A DNA stretch of 63,770 nucleotides, filler included, from Basidiobolus ranarum (lineage: Eukaryota), in the NCBI GenBank assembly GCA_040143965.1. It is 14 parts of 14 records of this genome, joined end to end, with 100 filler letters (N's around TTAATTAATTAA, not from the genome) between each part and the next. Parts side by side here need not be neighbours in the genome. Positions count along the whole stretch, not along the records: positions 36,566 to 41,023 come from JASJQH010001956.1; positions 41,124 to 45,581 come from JASJQH010001957.1; positions 45,682 to 50,133 come from JASJQH010001958.1; positions 50,234 to 54,682 come from JASJQH010001959.1; 10 more parts are not named here. One strand, given 5' to 3'. How positions within the stretch are numbered: the stretch's first letter is position 1; every line of letters starts with the position of its first letter. This document shows positions 40,091 to 52,710 of this stretch, one piece after another. Under the pieces are notes generated by a model that worked only from the letters and a program-made list of their open reading frames with translations, made no database searches and was not told the DNA's origin. Made by a program: the position numbers and the translations under genes.

Positions 40091-40699
40091 ACTATGTTGT
40101 ATCGATTGCAACATTAACACAATGAAGAGTGCGATCTATCGCGAATGGAGCCACAGCCACAAAGCCGATTCCTGTCTGTATGATTAGCCAAGGTTTTACC
40201 CAAAAAAGGTGATTATGTATTAGATGTGAGTTGAGTTTGAGAATGACCCTATTAACTCTCAAATCGATATTCACCTTTCAAGGATAAGGGATACCTATAT
40301 TCGTTAGCACCTTATCACTTTAATACTCGCATCAATTATAATGTGTATTCAGCAATAACGAAGATTTTCTCAAAGGTAAATGAGATCTTTGCTCTACTTA
40401 GAGTGGCAAAAACTTTACTTACATTAGTTAAAACATTTGTCATCTGTAATACTGCGCTTGTCAAGCCATATTCAAATACTCAACTGTAGAACATACATTG
40501 ATCAGGCTTAGAGTTAATGTTGAATATACATTGGAATTAGAATTAACTCAAACTAAGTGAGGCCTCATCTAATGGAATAGGCACGGCGAAAGAGGGGATT
40601 AAATACTGTGATATATCCATGGTAGCAGCTTCTTGAGCATTTGTGCAACATACTTTACTGAATTCTCTATTAGGAACCTATATTACTCAGTCGTCTTGC

Positions 40700-41023
40700 T
40701 TGAAGTGGCTACTTCACGTTTAAGAGTCGTACAACTAGAACAGCTGCTGTATCTTTCGTGCACATTACTTCACATCCATCTTGCTATATCGAGTGTGAAC
40801 TGACATGTGGAGTGGAGGATATACCGATAAGAGTGGCTAAGGTAGTAAGATAGGCTTGCTGTCTTTATTTTCCGCTAGAATTTCGGCCTGGTTTCTCACT
40901 TTGGGGGTACTCGATATGTGTTGAATAAGATGAAGAGAATCTGGTTTATCTCGCTTGAAATATTGATGTGAATTGAATACCGATGAAGTAACACTCTGCC
41001 TTGTCCTTCGCCAGTCAGAAACT
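40700..41023 (-). pseudogene. Third HSF-type paralogue, decayed last exon
   Basis: SHQYFKRDKPDSLHLIQ and downstream sequence homologous to about 39290-39612, with indels. Confidence 0.7.
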
Positions 41024-41123
41024 NNNNNNNNNNNNNNNNNNNNNNNNNNNNNNNNNNNNNNNNNNNNTTAATTAATTAANNNNNNNNNNNNNNNNNNNNN
41101 NNNNNNNNNNNNNNNNNNNNNNN

Positions 41124-42247
41124 GCTTTTTGGCAAAAATCCTTTTTCTGCAATCTTTGATTAAATGGCCTGGTTTCTTGCAATACTTGCAGATGATTAAT
41201 TTCCTAATAGGGGCACCATTATTGAAGCCTGTTGAATGTTTTGCAGCTCCAAAAAATGCCTGTTCTGCATTGGCTTGCTGAGAATTTGATCTCCTTAATT
41301 CTTCATTCAAAAGCCTAGCACCAACATATTCCATTGTTGATGGTTCTAATTTTGATTCTAGGGCAATTATGAGGTTCCCAAACTTGTCTGGAAGGCTCTC
41401 AAGTAGTGTCATCACTAAGTCATCTTCATTTAGAGGTGCTCCAATGCAAGAGAGCTGATTGGCCATTGTTTTTATCCAATTTATATGATTAAGAATAGAA
41501 TCATCAGGGCTCATCTGAATTGATAATAATTTTTGCCCAAGATATAGCCTATTAGCCAGACCTTTAGTCTCATATTGTCTCTCAAGTGTTTCCCAAGCAT
41601 TTTGGAAGTTATTGGCTGATTGTATGTGACTCAATTGAGAATCTCTGAGATATATACAAAGTGTAGAGAGTGCTTTTTTCTGCTTTTGCGAAAGGCAAGG
41701 ATAGCTTCTGGTGGTCTCTTTGGCTATATTTCCTCTCCTGTAACAAATCCCCAATGGTCCTTGTCTTCCAGCACCATTTGCATCTTGAACTTCCAAAGGT
41801 GAAAGTCTTCACCATCAAACTTCTCTGTGGATGCAAAAACATTAGTAATAGTACCGGTAGACATTCCTTTAACAGCTAGCTTGGGGCTCATAACCTGATA
41901 AAAGCATTTAGGGAATCTGCAAGTGTTTTGGACAAGATTTGGATTTATGAATTAGACACTTAAACTTTATCAAATTGAATATGTCCTATTTAGGGTTTAC
42001 TATGAAATAGGACTATTAGATGTGCTTAGATCATAACCAACATGCTTGTTAAGCATGGGTGAAAGTATGAGGAAAGTTGGAGAAGTTTTGAGAAAATAGT
42101 GAAAATTGGTAAAAGTGATTGAATTAATATTTCTATCAATTAGAGCAATGAAAACACATTTTTGAATGACCAAATTGAGTGCTAAATAATCAGAATATGA
42201 ATAAACTAACTACTAAATAATGAGTTGCTATTTATCTAATTTCAACA
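41124..42247 (-). mobile_element. Ty1/copia 5' end: LTR 42247-41896, PBS 41895-41884, gag with zinc knuckle
   Basis: LTR TGTTG...TATCA (352 bp) and PBS GGTTATGAGCCC. Gag EKFDGEDFHLWKFKM..LLESLPDKF..CKYCKKPGHLIKDC (CX2CX4HX4C), with a stop and a frameshift. Confidence 0.93.
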
Positions 42248-44985
42248 CTTTCAATGAACGTTATTCACTTGTTGGCAAAGTAGCCATTTGGGATGTTGAT
42301 GCTTTGGATGGTATTTCTGCTGAACATTGCTCAACTATGGACTGACTCCACATTTGGGGGATTACCATCTCTTCACTTACACTATTGCTGCAAAGGAACA
42401 CATCTGGTGAATTGATTAATGCTTAATCATTACCTGAGTTGGTTCTCAGCATGTTAATGCCTTCCAAAGCAGACAGTGGAGCAATAAATTGCTCATCAAT
42501 TAAGTCCTCTATTGCTGCTGGTTTTTTTTCCTTTTGTGCTATCAAGCTTTTGCTTGCAAGCCAATTTTGATTTAGATCTTGAATGCTTTTTGAATGTAAT
42601 TGATATTTTCAGATTAAACTTTTTGTAATGAAAATGTTTAGAAACAGCTTGTAATAAATCAAAATTGCCATCCCTTACCAGAATTATATTGTAAATCCCC
42701 TGATGACTTATCTGTGACACTGTCTCAGAACCAGCTGATGATATTAATGGTCTGTACCTGAAATACCACCCTTACATAGGATGTGTTTGTTTTCCTACCA
42801 TATCCTTCTCATGCCACAACACAAACATTTAAAGAAACACTACTATTATTGTCACATATTGTTGTGATATGAAAACTGGGGGCTTCAGAAAAAAAATAAA
42901 CACAAGCATGGTCACTGTACAAAGCCACCAGCTGCACAAAGCCAGGTGACTATCAACAGTAATAAGTGTGCAAAATTGACTTTAGTTTTGCTCACTGTGT
43001 CCACTAACTGTACTTTGCCTCAAAGTTTTGGTAAGACCACCAAAGTCAAGATACCATGGAGCTATCACACTTACATGACCAGAATGAAGTACATATAAAG
43101 TTACTTTAGTCAAAGCACTAAGTCCAGACAACTTTGAGGACATGCTGCTTGATGTGATCTTGTTTATTCCAGTACTGATGATAGTATATCAGAAGTTGAA
43201 AAAAAGACAATGGTTGTGTTATGGACTCTTTGTTATCAGCAAGCCTTAGTCCACTCAAAGCACTCATGGTAAAGGAAGCAGCTTTGATTCTGGAGAAGTG
43301 AAGAGTTCAATCCAATCTTAGCTACTGGGTGTTTATTGATTTTCTTACACTTTTACCATAGTTGTTTGGCAACTGTTGCTTGCCACAGACCTGGTACATG
43401 TCAAAAATACTTGTCAATTTTACAACTTACAATTATTCAGTAGTTAAACTACCTTCATGTCCAAATGGTTTTTTGGCTTTCACCAGTCATCTGAAAAACC
43501 TCAAGTCAGGTGCTGTTTGCACACAATTGGCAATTACTGATTCAGGTAAACACCATTCATATTTAGCTTACATACCATTGATTCCTCATCTTAAAGTTTA
43601 GATGAAATTGCCCAAATGTAGATCATTGATCCAACACCAAAGTACTCACCATGAAGCTGAAGGTATTACCAATATACTTGATAGATATCACTACCAGAGT
43701 CTGAAAAGTAAACGTTTCTTTGAGAACACATATGAGCATGCATTTGCATTGGCTCTGGATGGTTTCTAACTAAACAAACAGATCAATGGAATGGTTTGCT
43801 GGCCAATAATTTTAAATAACTTAAATCTTCCACCATCTGAGTGATACATGAGTCATAGCATCTTGATATTTCCATCATAACTGGCCCTAGATCCTCAGTG
43901 CTTGTAGATAGCTTTTTGGAGCCTTTGATTGTGGAATTTGAATGGATATCTAATGGGGTTCATAGAGGTAAATATTGTATTAAAACAAACATCATTGTAT
44001 GTATTGGTCACACACCTGCCATCAGCTAACTGGGAGGTTTTTGTGGACACAATGCACTATCTTGCTGTAGATTTTGTTTAATCAATAGAGTTTACTCTAT
44101 CAGGCATACACATTGCTACTATCCAAATACAACACTAAACTCTATGATTTAATGGTCAAGATCCCAGTCAGATTTCATCTAGATCACTGATATCAATTCA
44201 CCAAATAGTCAGTATAACATCAAACCTGGTATCCACTGTAAGCCTAAAATTATATTGATAAAGGGGATCAGCTAGAGCCAGAGCTTCCCATTAGCCACTA
44301 TTGACTTACTATTCAACAATATTTAAATACCACTTACTTAGCTATATAGTACAAAATTCAATATGAATGAGCTAATTCAAGATAGGATCAAAGTTTGAAT
44401 CAATTGGAAAAATGCTTAAGAACATCAAGATACCATCATACTTTACCAGGACTCCCATCAATTTCCACTCATTTAGGCATTTAATGAAATACAAAGACTG
44501 GAAGCATTTGATTTGCACATATTCAAGTGGACTCTTGAAAAGATTTCTGCCTGAGAAGTTTTGGCAATGTTGAGAGTTGTTTGGGGATACTGTTAATATA
44601 TTCTTAGAGCTTCTTGGTGAGATAGATGGAGATATGCAGTATTATCATTTTAGCCATGTGGTAATCTACTTAAGCAATGACACATCTACTTGTGGCAGGA
44701 CATTTATTGACTGCTGGTTGGTGATAATTTGGCTGAATTGTGTATGGAAATTTGCCAAAATCCTAGAGCTTATTTTCATTGTGAATGGTAACAAGAGTCA
44801 TCTTTTTGCCAAGTATCAATGCTATTTAAAATTTCAGAGGTTTAGCAATTTTTTGGCCATTAGTTTGCTGGTAAATCATTTTGTTGTTGTTAAGATCTGT
44901 CCAATCAGTCAAGTATCTGCATATGAAGAGACTAAACACAATGAGATTCTTGTATTTTTTTTTGATTTTGGAATTGCTGCAAATA
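42248..44985 (+). mobile_element. CACTA/EnSpm-like copy C, degenerate, with an internal deletion
   Basis: Colinear with copy B from its 5' flank (about 42640) through the transposase. About 0.5 kb is missing near 44610. Confidence 0.82.
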
Positions 44986-45581
44986 GCTGACTTAAATGGC
45001 GACATTCATATTAAGCAAGGCGATCTGCCAAATTTAAAGAATTTGATTATTAGTGGTAAAAACTGGAAATGGGATATTCCCAAAACTCTTCCAAATTTAA
45101 CTTATTTAAACCTAAATGGTGGTAATATAAATACAACTATACCAGAAAATATTTGGGATTTAAAGTATTTGCAAAAACTTCGTCTTACAGACCTAAATTT
45201 GGTTGGAAATATACCAGAAAAACTATTAAATATTCAAACTTTAAACGAGATAAATTTATCAGATAATAAACTTGAAGGAGACATAGACAAAATTTTATCC
45301 AAAAATCACGCAACAAACATAAATCTTACAAATAATAACATTGGTGGTGTTATAAAAGATTTGTATTTAACAAACGAAACCCTTTTATATACTATTAAAC
45401 TGGATAATAATAAAATTTCAGGGAATATAGATTTCGTCAACAAAAATACAGACAAAGGAGTCCACTTGAAAATATCGTTAAAAAATAATAGTATTACGGG
45501 TAGTATTTCAACTGTTGATCCAAATTTCAAAGGTAGTTTAGACTTGGATAATAATTTTATTAAAGGACCTTTAATAGAACG
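44986..45581 (+). CDS. Leucine-rich-repeat protein fragment (LxxLxLxxNxLxGxIP type), very AT-rich, both ends missing
   Basis: Uninterrupted frame of about 198 codons with repeats such as LTYLNLNGGNINTTIP, LQKLRLTDLNLVGNIP, LNEINLSDNKLEGDI and IKLDNNKISGNI. Confidence 0.85.
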
Positions 45582-46664
45582 NNNNNNNNNNNNNNNNNNN
45601 NNNNNNNNNNNNNNNNNNNNNNNNNTTAATTAATTAANNNNNNNNNNNNNNNNNNNNNNNNNNNNNNNNNNNNNNNNNNNNTTTCCAGTCTATTTAAACC
45701 GACCACTTTCCCAAAAGGAGATTTTCTCACTACACGAGCGCCCCCACTTTCACACTTCTTACCGTACTTTATTTCCCTTTGAATCTTCACTATTGGGAGG
45801 TATCCATTCGATTGGATTTTTGCTTCTTTCCTATCCATACAACTAGGATTGTATCCAGTACACACAATTTGGTGAATACTTTTGGATAGGTTTAATTTAA
45901 TAATTAATATTTTTGATTTCCTTCATACTATATATGTTTTCTATATTCCTACTCATGGATAGTATGAACATCGAAGAAGGTCTAGTCACCATTCTTTGGT
46001 TTATTGTAGTATAACATCCGTTGAAAGCGCTATTTCTAGATCGATTACTTCCATCTACTTTTTTTCCATGCAAAAATCCAACATTTCCTATGAATGGTTC
46101 CAATGGGAGGCCGACCCAAAATATACTGCAATAACCAATCCTCCAATAATTAAAAAGATAAATAAGTTAATTTCAATTGGGATGGGGTTTGGGTATTCCA
46201 ACCCTGTAGTAATATAATGAAATGATTTATATATGGATTAGATGGAATCATCGATAATATTATCCAACTTTTCATTCCTATATTGGGGAAAGGTTTGTGA
46301 ATATTATTAGTTTCTTAAATTTCTTCGCATTTTGAAATGATTCTAATCAGAAACTTAACCCTCTTAGGATATACTAAAAATAGCTTCTCGAAATTGAATT
46401 TATATTGATTTCATTTGGATAATCCATTTCATTCACATTTGGCCCGAATCAGATGTTACTACATATAACATCATGAACGTAACCAGAGGATCTGAATAAA
46501 TCCCACATAAGTTGTATAGTGTGAGAAGGAGGGGAGAGAAGAAAAGAAATAAAGAGAGGAGAGGAGAAGAAAGAGAGATATGTATTTTACATGGAAACAT
46601 GTGATATCGCAAGAAAACTCAAGTGTGGTATGTAAAGAGGATGATACACATCAAAGGATGGAGT

Positions 46665-49600
46665 TTAGAAATATAAACTTGCTGCAAACACGATATCCCT
46701 TTTGATTAAACTTGCCGCCTCCTCCATTTTTTGATAAAGATTCGAATCTCCCACCATTCGTGCAGCGTTACGAACTTCTCGACATGTTTCATCCAAACGA
46801 GTAATACAACGTACAATGGATCCTAAATCGTAAAAGTGTTAGGAATCGATGATATTGGTTGTGTACAGGGGTTTAGTAATGAATTAATTAATCAATATTT
46901 GGGTACCTTCTTGAACATCAGTTAAATCCGTAATTTGTTTGAACGACTAAGTGGGGTGGGATTAGTATCTCTATTGATAGAGTCAAATGGATACATCAAT
47001 TGTTGATAGAACTCACCATTCCTTTGGCCCATTCGTACACAACCTCGGACAGACCAAACTTCAATGTATGTATATAGTCTTCTGCTCTAACATTCAACCC
47101 ACATTTCTCCTGAGTTTCAGCTACCCGAGTGGCAATGTCTAGAATGATTTTTTGTCCCTTTAATAGTTTCGTATAAGTCAAGGTTAGTCCAAGACTCATC
47201 GTCGTGTGTCTGATTAAACTGAATGACAAACCTTCTCCAGACGTGGCGTCAGGCTAGGTGGGCTTGAATTCTTTTCCTGAAATACGAAGCAGGACAATAG
47301 GGCAACAATTTCTGCGGGTTCAAATTCGGCCAAAATGTTGTCCAGAATGAGTTCAGTAACAATCAGTTCATCGGCAGAGTTGATCTACAAACAGTGAAAT
47401 CAGAGAGTTCATGTCTCCTTAGTAAGATGGATCACATGATACACACTGGTTAAATGGTGTATTTACCTCACAGCCTAGACGCCCCTTTAACGAAACCGTG
47501 CAATTTTCATCAATAAACTTCAATTGTTTCAACACTTCAATGCGTTGGTGATAATCTGGTAGGAGTTCCAAGTTCTGATCTGAGATGATGTGCTGAAGCT
47601 CTGTTACTTTAGCCTTCAGTAGACGCTCACCATGAACCATAGTATACTACAAGGTGAAAAATAAGCATTAGATTGAAGTTTGCCGTATTCAGAGGGGTTC
47701 TGAACTTACATGTTCACTCATATCTGGGCATCTAATACATTGGAATTTATCCAATTTACTGAACAGAATATCCTTTTCTTTACTCTGTTCCTGGAATTCG
47801 AGCTCCCGAATTTTACTCCAGTCATATTCAAGAATTGTACCTAAGTTTAGTGGAGGAATTTGTGTCAGTAATTCTAAAGTTGAAGGGCTACTCGAAGAAA
47901 ATTCAGAGAGATTCACACTTCACTCACTTGAATTGGCTTCTTCCGCGTACTTGAATAGTTCTTGGGTGACTCGGGAGATTTCCACATCATTCACTCGATC
48001 AAGAATTGCCTCGGGATCAAGCTATGTTATAAAATCAAGAGAATGAGAGGCGCTGTTAGGGCACTTGTACATCTTTCTAACTGATTACCAGAGTTACAAA
48101 TGTGCTTACTTTAAGAGAGTTTCTTGTGATGATAGCGATGTCGCTGAAAGAGATCGCTTCGATTCGATGCGCGTACGAGGTGGCGTCAGGTAAAGCAACG
48201 CGAGTCACTGGCAATGGGGCAATTCCTTCCGAATAGTCTATTTGGGAAACAAAATGTTAAGGTGATTGTTTCTTACTAGAAGGGATAGGTTTCACTAGAA
48301 TACCTTCATCAGTCTCGAGTACTTCGTGATTTTTATCCGTCAGGATTAAACACCAAAGGAATCGCTCATTGGATGACCGAATGGCTGTTCCAGAGGTTGC
48401 ATTTCTGAGAATAACGGCAGGGCTATTTCTGTAGAACTGAGGATTTGAAATAAACGTTACTACTGTCCGGGATACGCGATGTACATTGAGAAGATCTTAC
48501 TCTATTGTTTAGAATGATGATTCTACCAGGACTGGAGGCCTTCATACCGATTGGTAGATTGGCGATCTTGGCCATTAGCTGGTGACTTAATTCCAAGATT
48601 CTAGATGAGGTATCATAGTAGTTATAGATGTCAGGAACACAAATGGTGCAATCAAGCTTCTCTAAGCTATTAAGTGATTTTTCACTCTAATATGATAAAG
48701 TTAGGGATTTGATCAAAGGTTTTTTCAATACTAAAAAGTCACCATATACCTCTGCAAATGCTTTTTGACGCTCTGGAAGTTGTTTTTGACTGGCATTTTC
48801 GGAAAAACTACGCTTGATCATCTCCTCAACTTTAAGTGCTTCAACACGAAGCAGATTGAGAATCATATTGTAAGTAAGACGGAATTGACTTTCAAGCTTA
48901 GTTGGTTGACCAAGTATCATTTTGTTCAAAACGGCAGTCTAAAAAGAAACTTAGTAGTTGCTCACTGTTTACCACCAACGATGAAAACTATGCTAACCTC
49001 GGGAGCGGCGTCTCCACCACATGCTATAATCACAACACCAGTGGAATCCAATCCACGTCGACCAGCTCGTCCAGACATTTGAGTGTATTCACCTGGGAAT
49101 CATTTACATTAGGTTGATTTCTCGGTGGTGAGTAGTGTTTGTTTACTTACCTGGAAGTAGTTCTCTGAAACTTTTGCCATCGTGTTTACGAATCCCAGAG
49201 AACACAACAGTTCTAGCTGGCATATTAACCCCCTTATATGTAGAGACATTCAATATATAGACAATCACAAAACACAGGTAAATGTAATGAAGTTACCATA
49301 GCAAAGGTCTCAGTGGCAAAGAGTACTTTAACAAGATTACGTGCAAATAGAATCTCGACCATCTAGTGAGAATAGTATAAAGACTGGTTAAAGGGTATTT
49401 CATACTTGAAGACAGAGATCAAAGTTGATTTACCTCTTTGATGATAGGTAATAATCCACCGTGATGAACAGCAATTCCCCTACTCAAAAGATCCCTCACT
49501 TTCATGACCTGAGGTAGCTCTTTATCAGTTCCTATATTTATACAAGTATTAGAGTACCATATATAGATGATATCTTTTGGTGCTCTATATACCTTTCAGT

Positions 49601-50133
49601 CGAACGAGACTTCTCTCGATAAACACATGAATTTCACTTTTTTCTGTGGCGGAGGTCAGATCAGTATTTGTTAATCCACTGGCATACTCCTCGCATTTCT
49701 TTTTCGAAAAGGTAAACACAACTACTGGCAATAAACTTTTCTTTTTTAGAAGGCCGACTAGATGAATCCAGAGATTACGATCCTAAAGACGCTACATTCA
49801 GACTAATGAAGGATTTGAAAATCAGTGGTGTTAACAGGTCTACCTGCTTCTCCATTGCGCGGTAACTTGTCTGTCTACCAGCAGTAGCGCCACCTCTACC
49901 AGGTTTAGCCTTTTCTTTAGCTTTAATGCCAGTTAATGCATCATTGGCGTTTTTCCAACTAAATTCGAATGGATAAATAAAACAAGTGGGATCAGTAATC
50001 TGGTAAACCTTGAAATCGCGTAAGATGGTCAATTTACCCCACAGTTGAGAAATTCTTCTTCGCATCTACAATTTTGAATATCTCTTTTTCAGCAAACAAA
50101 AAATGCTCAAGTGGTACAGGACGCTTGAGTGTA
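46665..50133 (-). CDS. SKI2: Ski2 DExH RNA helicase (cytoplasmic exosome cofactor), 3' part, spliced, 5' truncated
   Basis: [85 protein letters not shown], and the C-terminus [13 protein letters not shown]. Confidence 0.93.
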
Positions 50134-50233
50134 NNNNNNNNNNNNNNNNNNNNNNNNNNNNNNNNNNNNNNNNNNNNTTAATTAATTAANNNNNNNNNNN
50201 NNNNNNNNNNNNNNNNNNNNNNNNNNNNNNNNN

Positions 50234-51900
50234 CCAACTACGTCACTCATGAAAAACGAGTTAGAAGCACTACTATACTTGCTATTAACATTAACACCGC
50301 CTTAAGATGTCTTTTCCTTATTCACGACTCTGAGCTTGCCCACACATGAGCCATTTGCATTGTAAACCGGTAAGTCACTGGTGATATGGAGCAACCGTGA
50401 ACTGAACTCGTATTCCCTAGAACACAAACTAAATTACCAACCAATCAGCAATTCTGGATGAGGTCACTATTCCATCAAGTACGGTAAATTCTACCCAAGC
50501 ACTCTTCACATACCGCACCGATCAAGCAAGGGGTGGATTTCTCAAAAGAGCTGGAAACGCACGATGACCGCAGGAGCCAATGTCTTTCCCTCTTCTGGGA
50601 GCATATGGACCAATTATAGTTATCTAGGTGACGCAGATCACGATCCCAGGTGGAAATTAAATTTACTGATTCTACATTAGTTCTCATTGCAAAACAGTGA
50701 GGTGAAAGCGCTTTCAGCACCACATAACTTTACAAATAGTAATACTGAATAAAGAAAGTGCTTTTATGGTACTACTGAGGATACTTAGCGCCAGATCATT
50801 GGTCATTGTCTCTATGGCTCACCAAAGAAGTGAATCCGAGTTGAACTCAATCCAATCAGCAATAATACATATCAAAATCACTTCGAGCACATTGCTTGGA
50901 ATCATTTGTGGCTCCCAAGTTGGACAGCTTGCCTTGGTTTCATCGAAAACGCATCTTTGGTTTCAGCCTCGAGCTTATCCCTTATTAAGATTGTTTGGTC
51001 GTTTTGCTACACATCTGTTAACTTTACACTCAAGAGTTTGCGATAGCACACGGGTACGTGTGAGACAAAGCAACCTCTACCATGATGTTCTTCGTTTGTG
51101 ATACCGGCAAGGAACGTACTGAGACAGGGCGAGGTGGTATGGAAGGTTCAGCCACCTGGATAAATCATTCTATGTGTTCCCAGAGTGCCTTATTCGGGAT
51201 GTTAGGTTTGATCACTTTATGTTAACCTATTGAGAGCTTAACCTGAGAAAGGGAATCATTCGGTCAGAAGTCAACTTTGGTTCATATGATATAGTGTAAT
51301 TGGGCTCCCCGGTTGCTCTGACTTTTGAGGGCTTCAAGTGACCCATCATTGTGAAATACTGACCATCCAACAGATTCTTCGATGATGGCGTGTCCAAGAG
51401 ACATTTTATGCGCCGTTAGTTTAGCTGGAATTAAATACCCACACACAAGTAGAACTGCCTTGATTAGGATTCGCCAGTTAGATTGTTAGCTATTCAAGAG
51501 ATATCCAACAAGTATGTCAGTGTTATAGGCTATGAGGATGAAGATCGGGCCCAATGCAATGCGTTTGGTAATGCTCGGATCAGCTTGAGGAAGTGATAAT
51601 CTCCGCGTTACATCATAGGGTTTGATTCATCAGGACCTCTCTTTATTCACGAGGCTTGGACTAGTTTGATATGTGAGCCATTATCGGCCGAATGGTAGTT
51701 TGTCGAAAGATTGACTTTCAATACATAGATGATTGAATTCGATTTATACGTCATAATTCACTAGTGTTAGGGACTCTAGAATGGTCGCATGTCATACTAA
51801 TACGGAGGTATCCTGTGCGCATAATACCAAAGGGTAAACACCGTCGACTATAGAGCAAGAGGGAGCCTAAGAATTGCCTGATAACTAGCAAATAGTACCG
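50234..51900 (+). mobile_element. Decayed LINE-like reverse transcriptase
   Basis: Degenerate RT motifs in order: QNHFEHIAWNHL (KAFD..W-like) and FAIAHG.VRQSNL (GVRQG-like). Many stops, and boundaries are approximate. Confidence 0.45.
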
Positions 51901-52710
51901 ACTGGTCGGTGACAATGTAATTTATCTCTACTTGGGAAGCGACAAGCGGGGGGAGGCCACTGCCTGTAGATTGATTATTCTGGGGCCTTGAATCGAATCA
52001 TATTTTCTACTCACATGTATCGTATGTGGAGCATAATAAGGCAAAATCTCGTGTATATTTGTTACATGGTATGCTATAAGATATCTATTATATTGTATTG
52101 TTTCAAAGGCAGGGAAAAACTCCATTCCTTGGCAAAAAAAATTAGGGTAATTTATGCCGACATTGCAGCTATTAGCCGTAAGAATGACGCATTAAAGCCT
52201 AACTCCATCCTCGACTCCAGTCAATTTGGTGTGAAACGTTTGTGATTTTGCTGGATGCAACAGTGAATCTTGTTTACGCCAGCGATAATCCTTCGAAAGA
52301 TTATTTATCCAATGCCGTAACTTGCTAGATTTGTTTTCTGACTTTGAAATTCGTTTAGCCATGTTACTCACAATGCAGATCTTAAGGTGATTGAGAAATG
52401 GAGACAGTAACTTTGAAGTTATGGTTCACAGGATCTTCGTAATTCAAATAATAACAGGTGCGAGAAAACACATGTCTATGGATCTTTCGGGGAAATGAGT
52501 CAAATACCATAGGTACTTATATTTATGGGGTGTCTTAAATTCAATTTTGCATTTACTAGGCTCCGTAGTATCGCAAATGATTGATCGAATCAAAAATTGA
52601 TCTTCATCGATTCAAAAAAGTGTTCAATAATGAATATCATTGTATATACAGGTGATTAGTGATTAAGCAATAGTCCTCTACCAAACTTCACGTTCCGACT
52701 ATCTCTAAAA

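Noticed and set aside
44881..44985. Apparent signal-peptide-like N-terminus of the LRR ORF (MRFLYFFLILELLQIA)
   Set aside because: This DNA is homologous to CACTA copy B (about 33680-33780), so it is most likely a chance in-frame reading of TE sequence. Exaptation cannot be excluded without transcripts.
44986..50133. LRR gene next to antiviral SKI2 as an immune or defence cluster
   Set aside because: The two are on different contigs separated by the artificial spacer.
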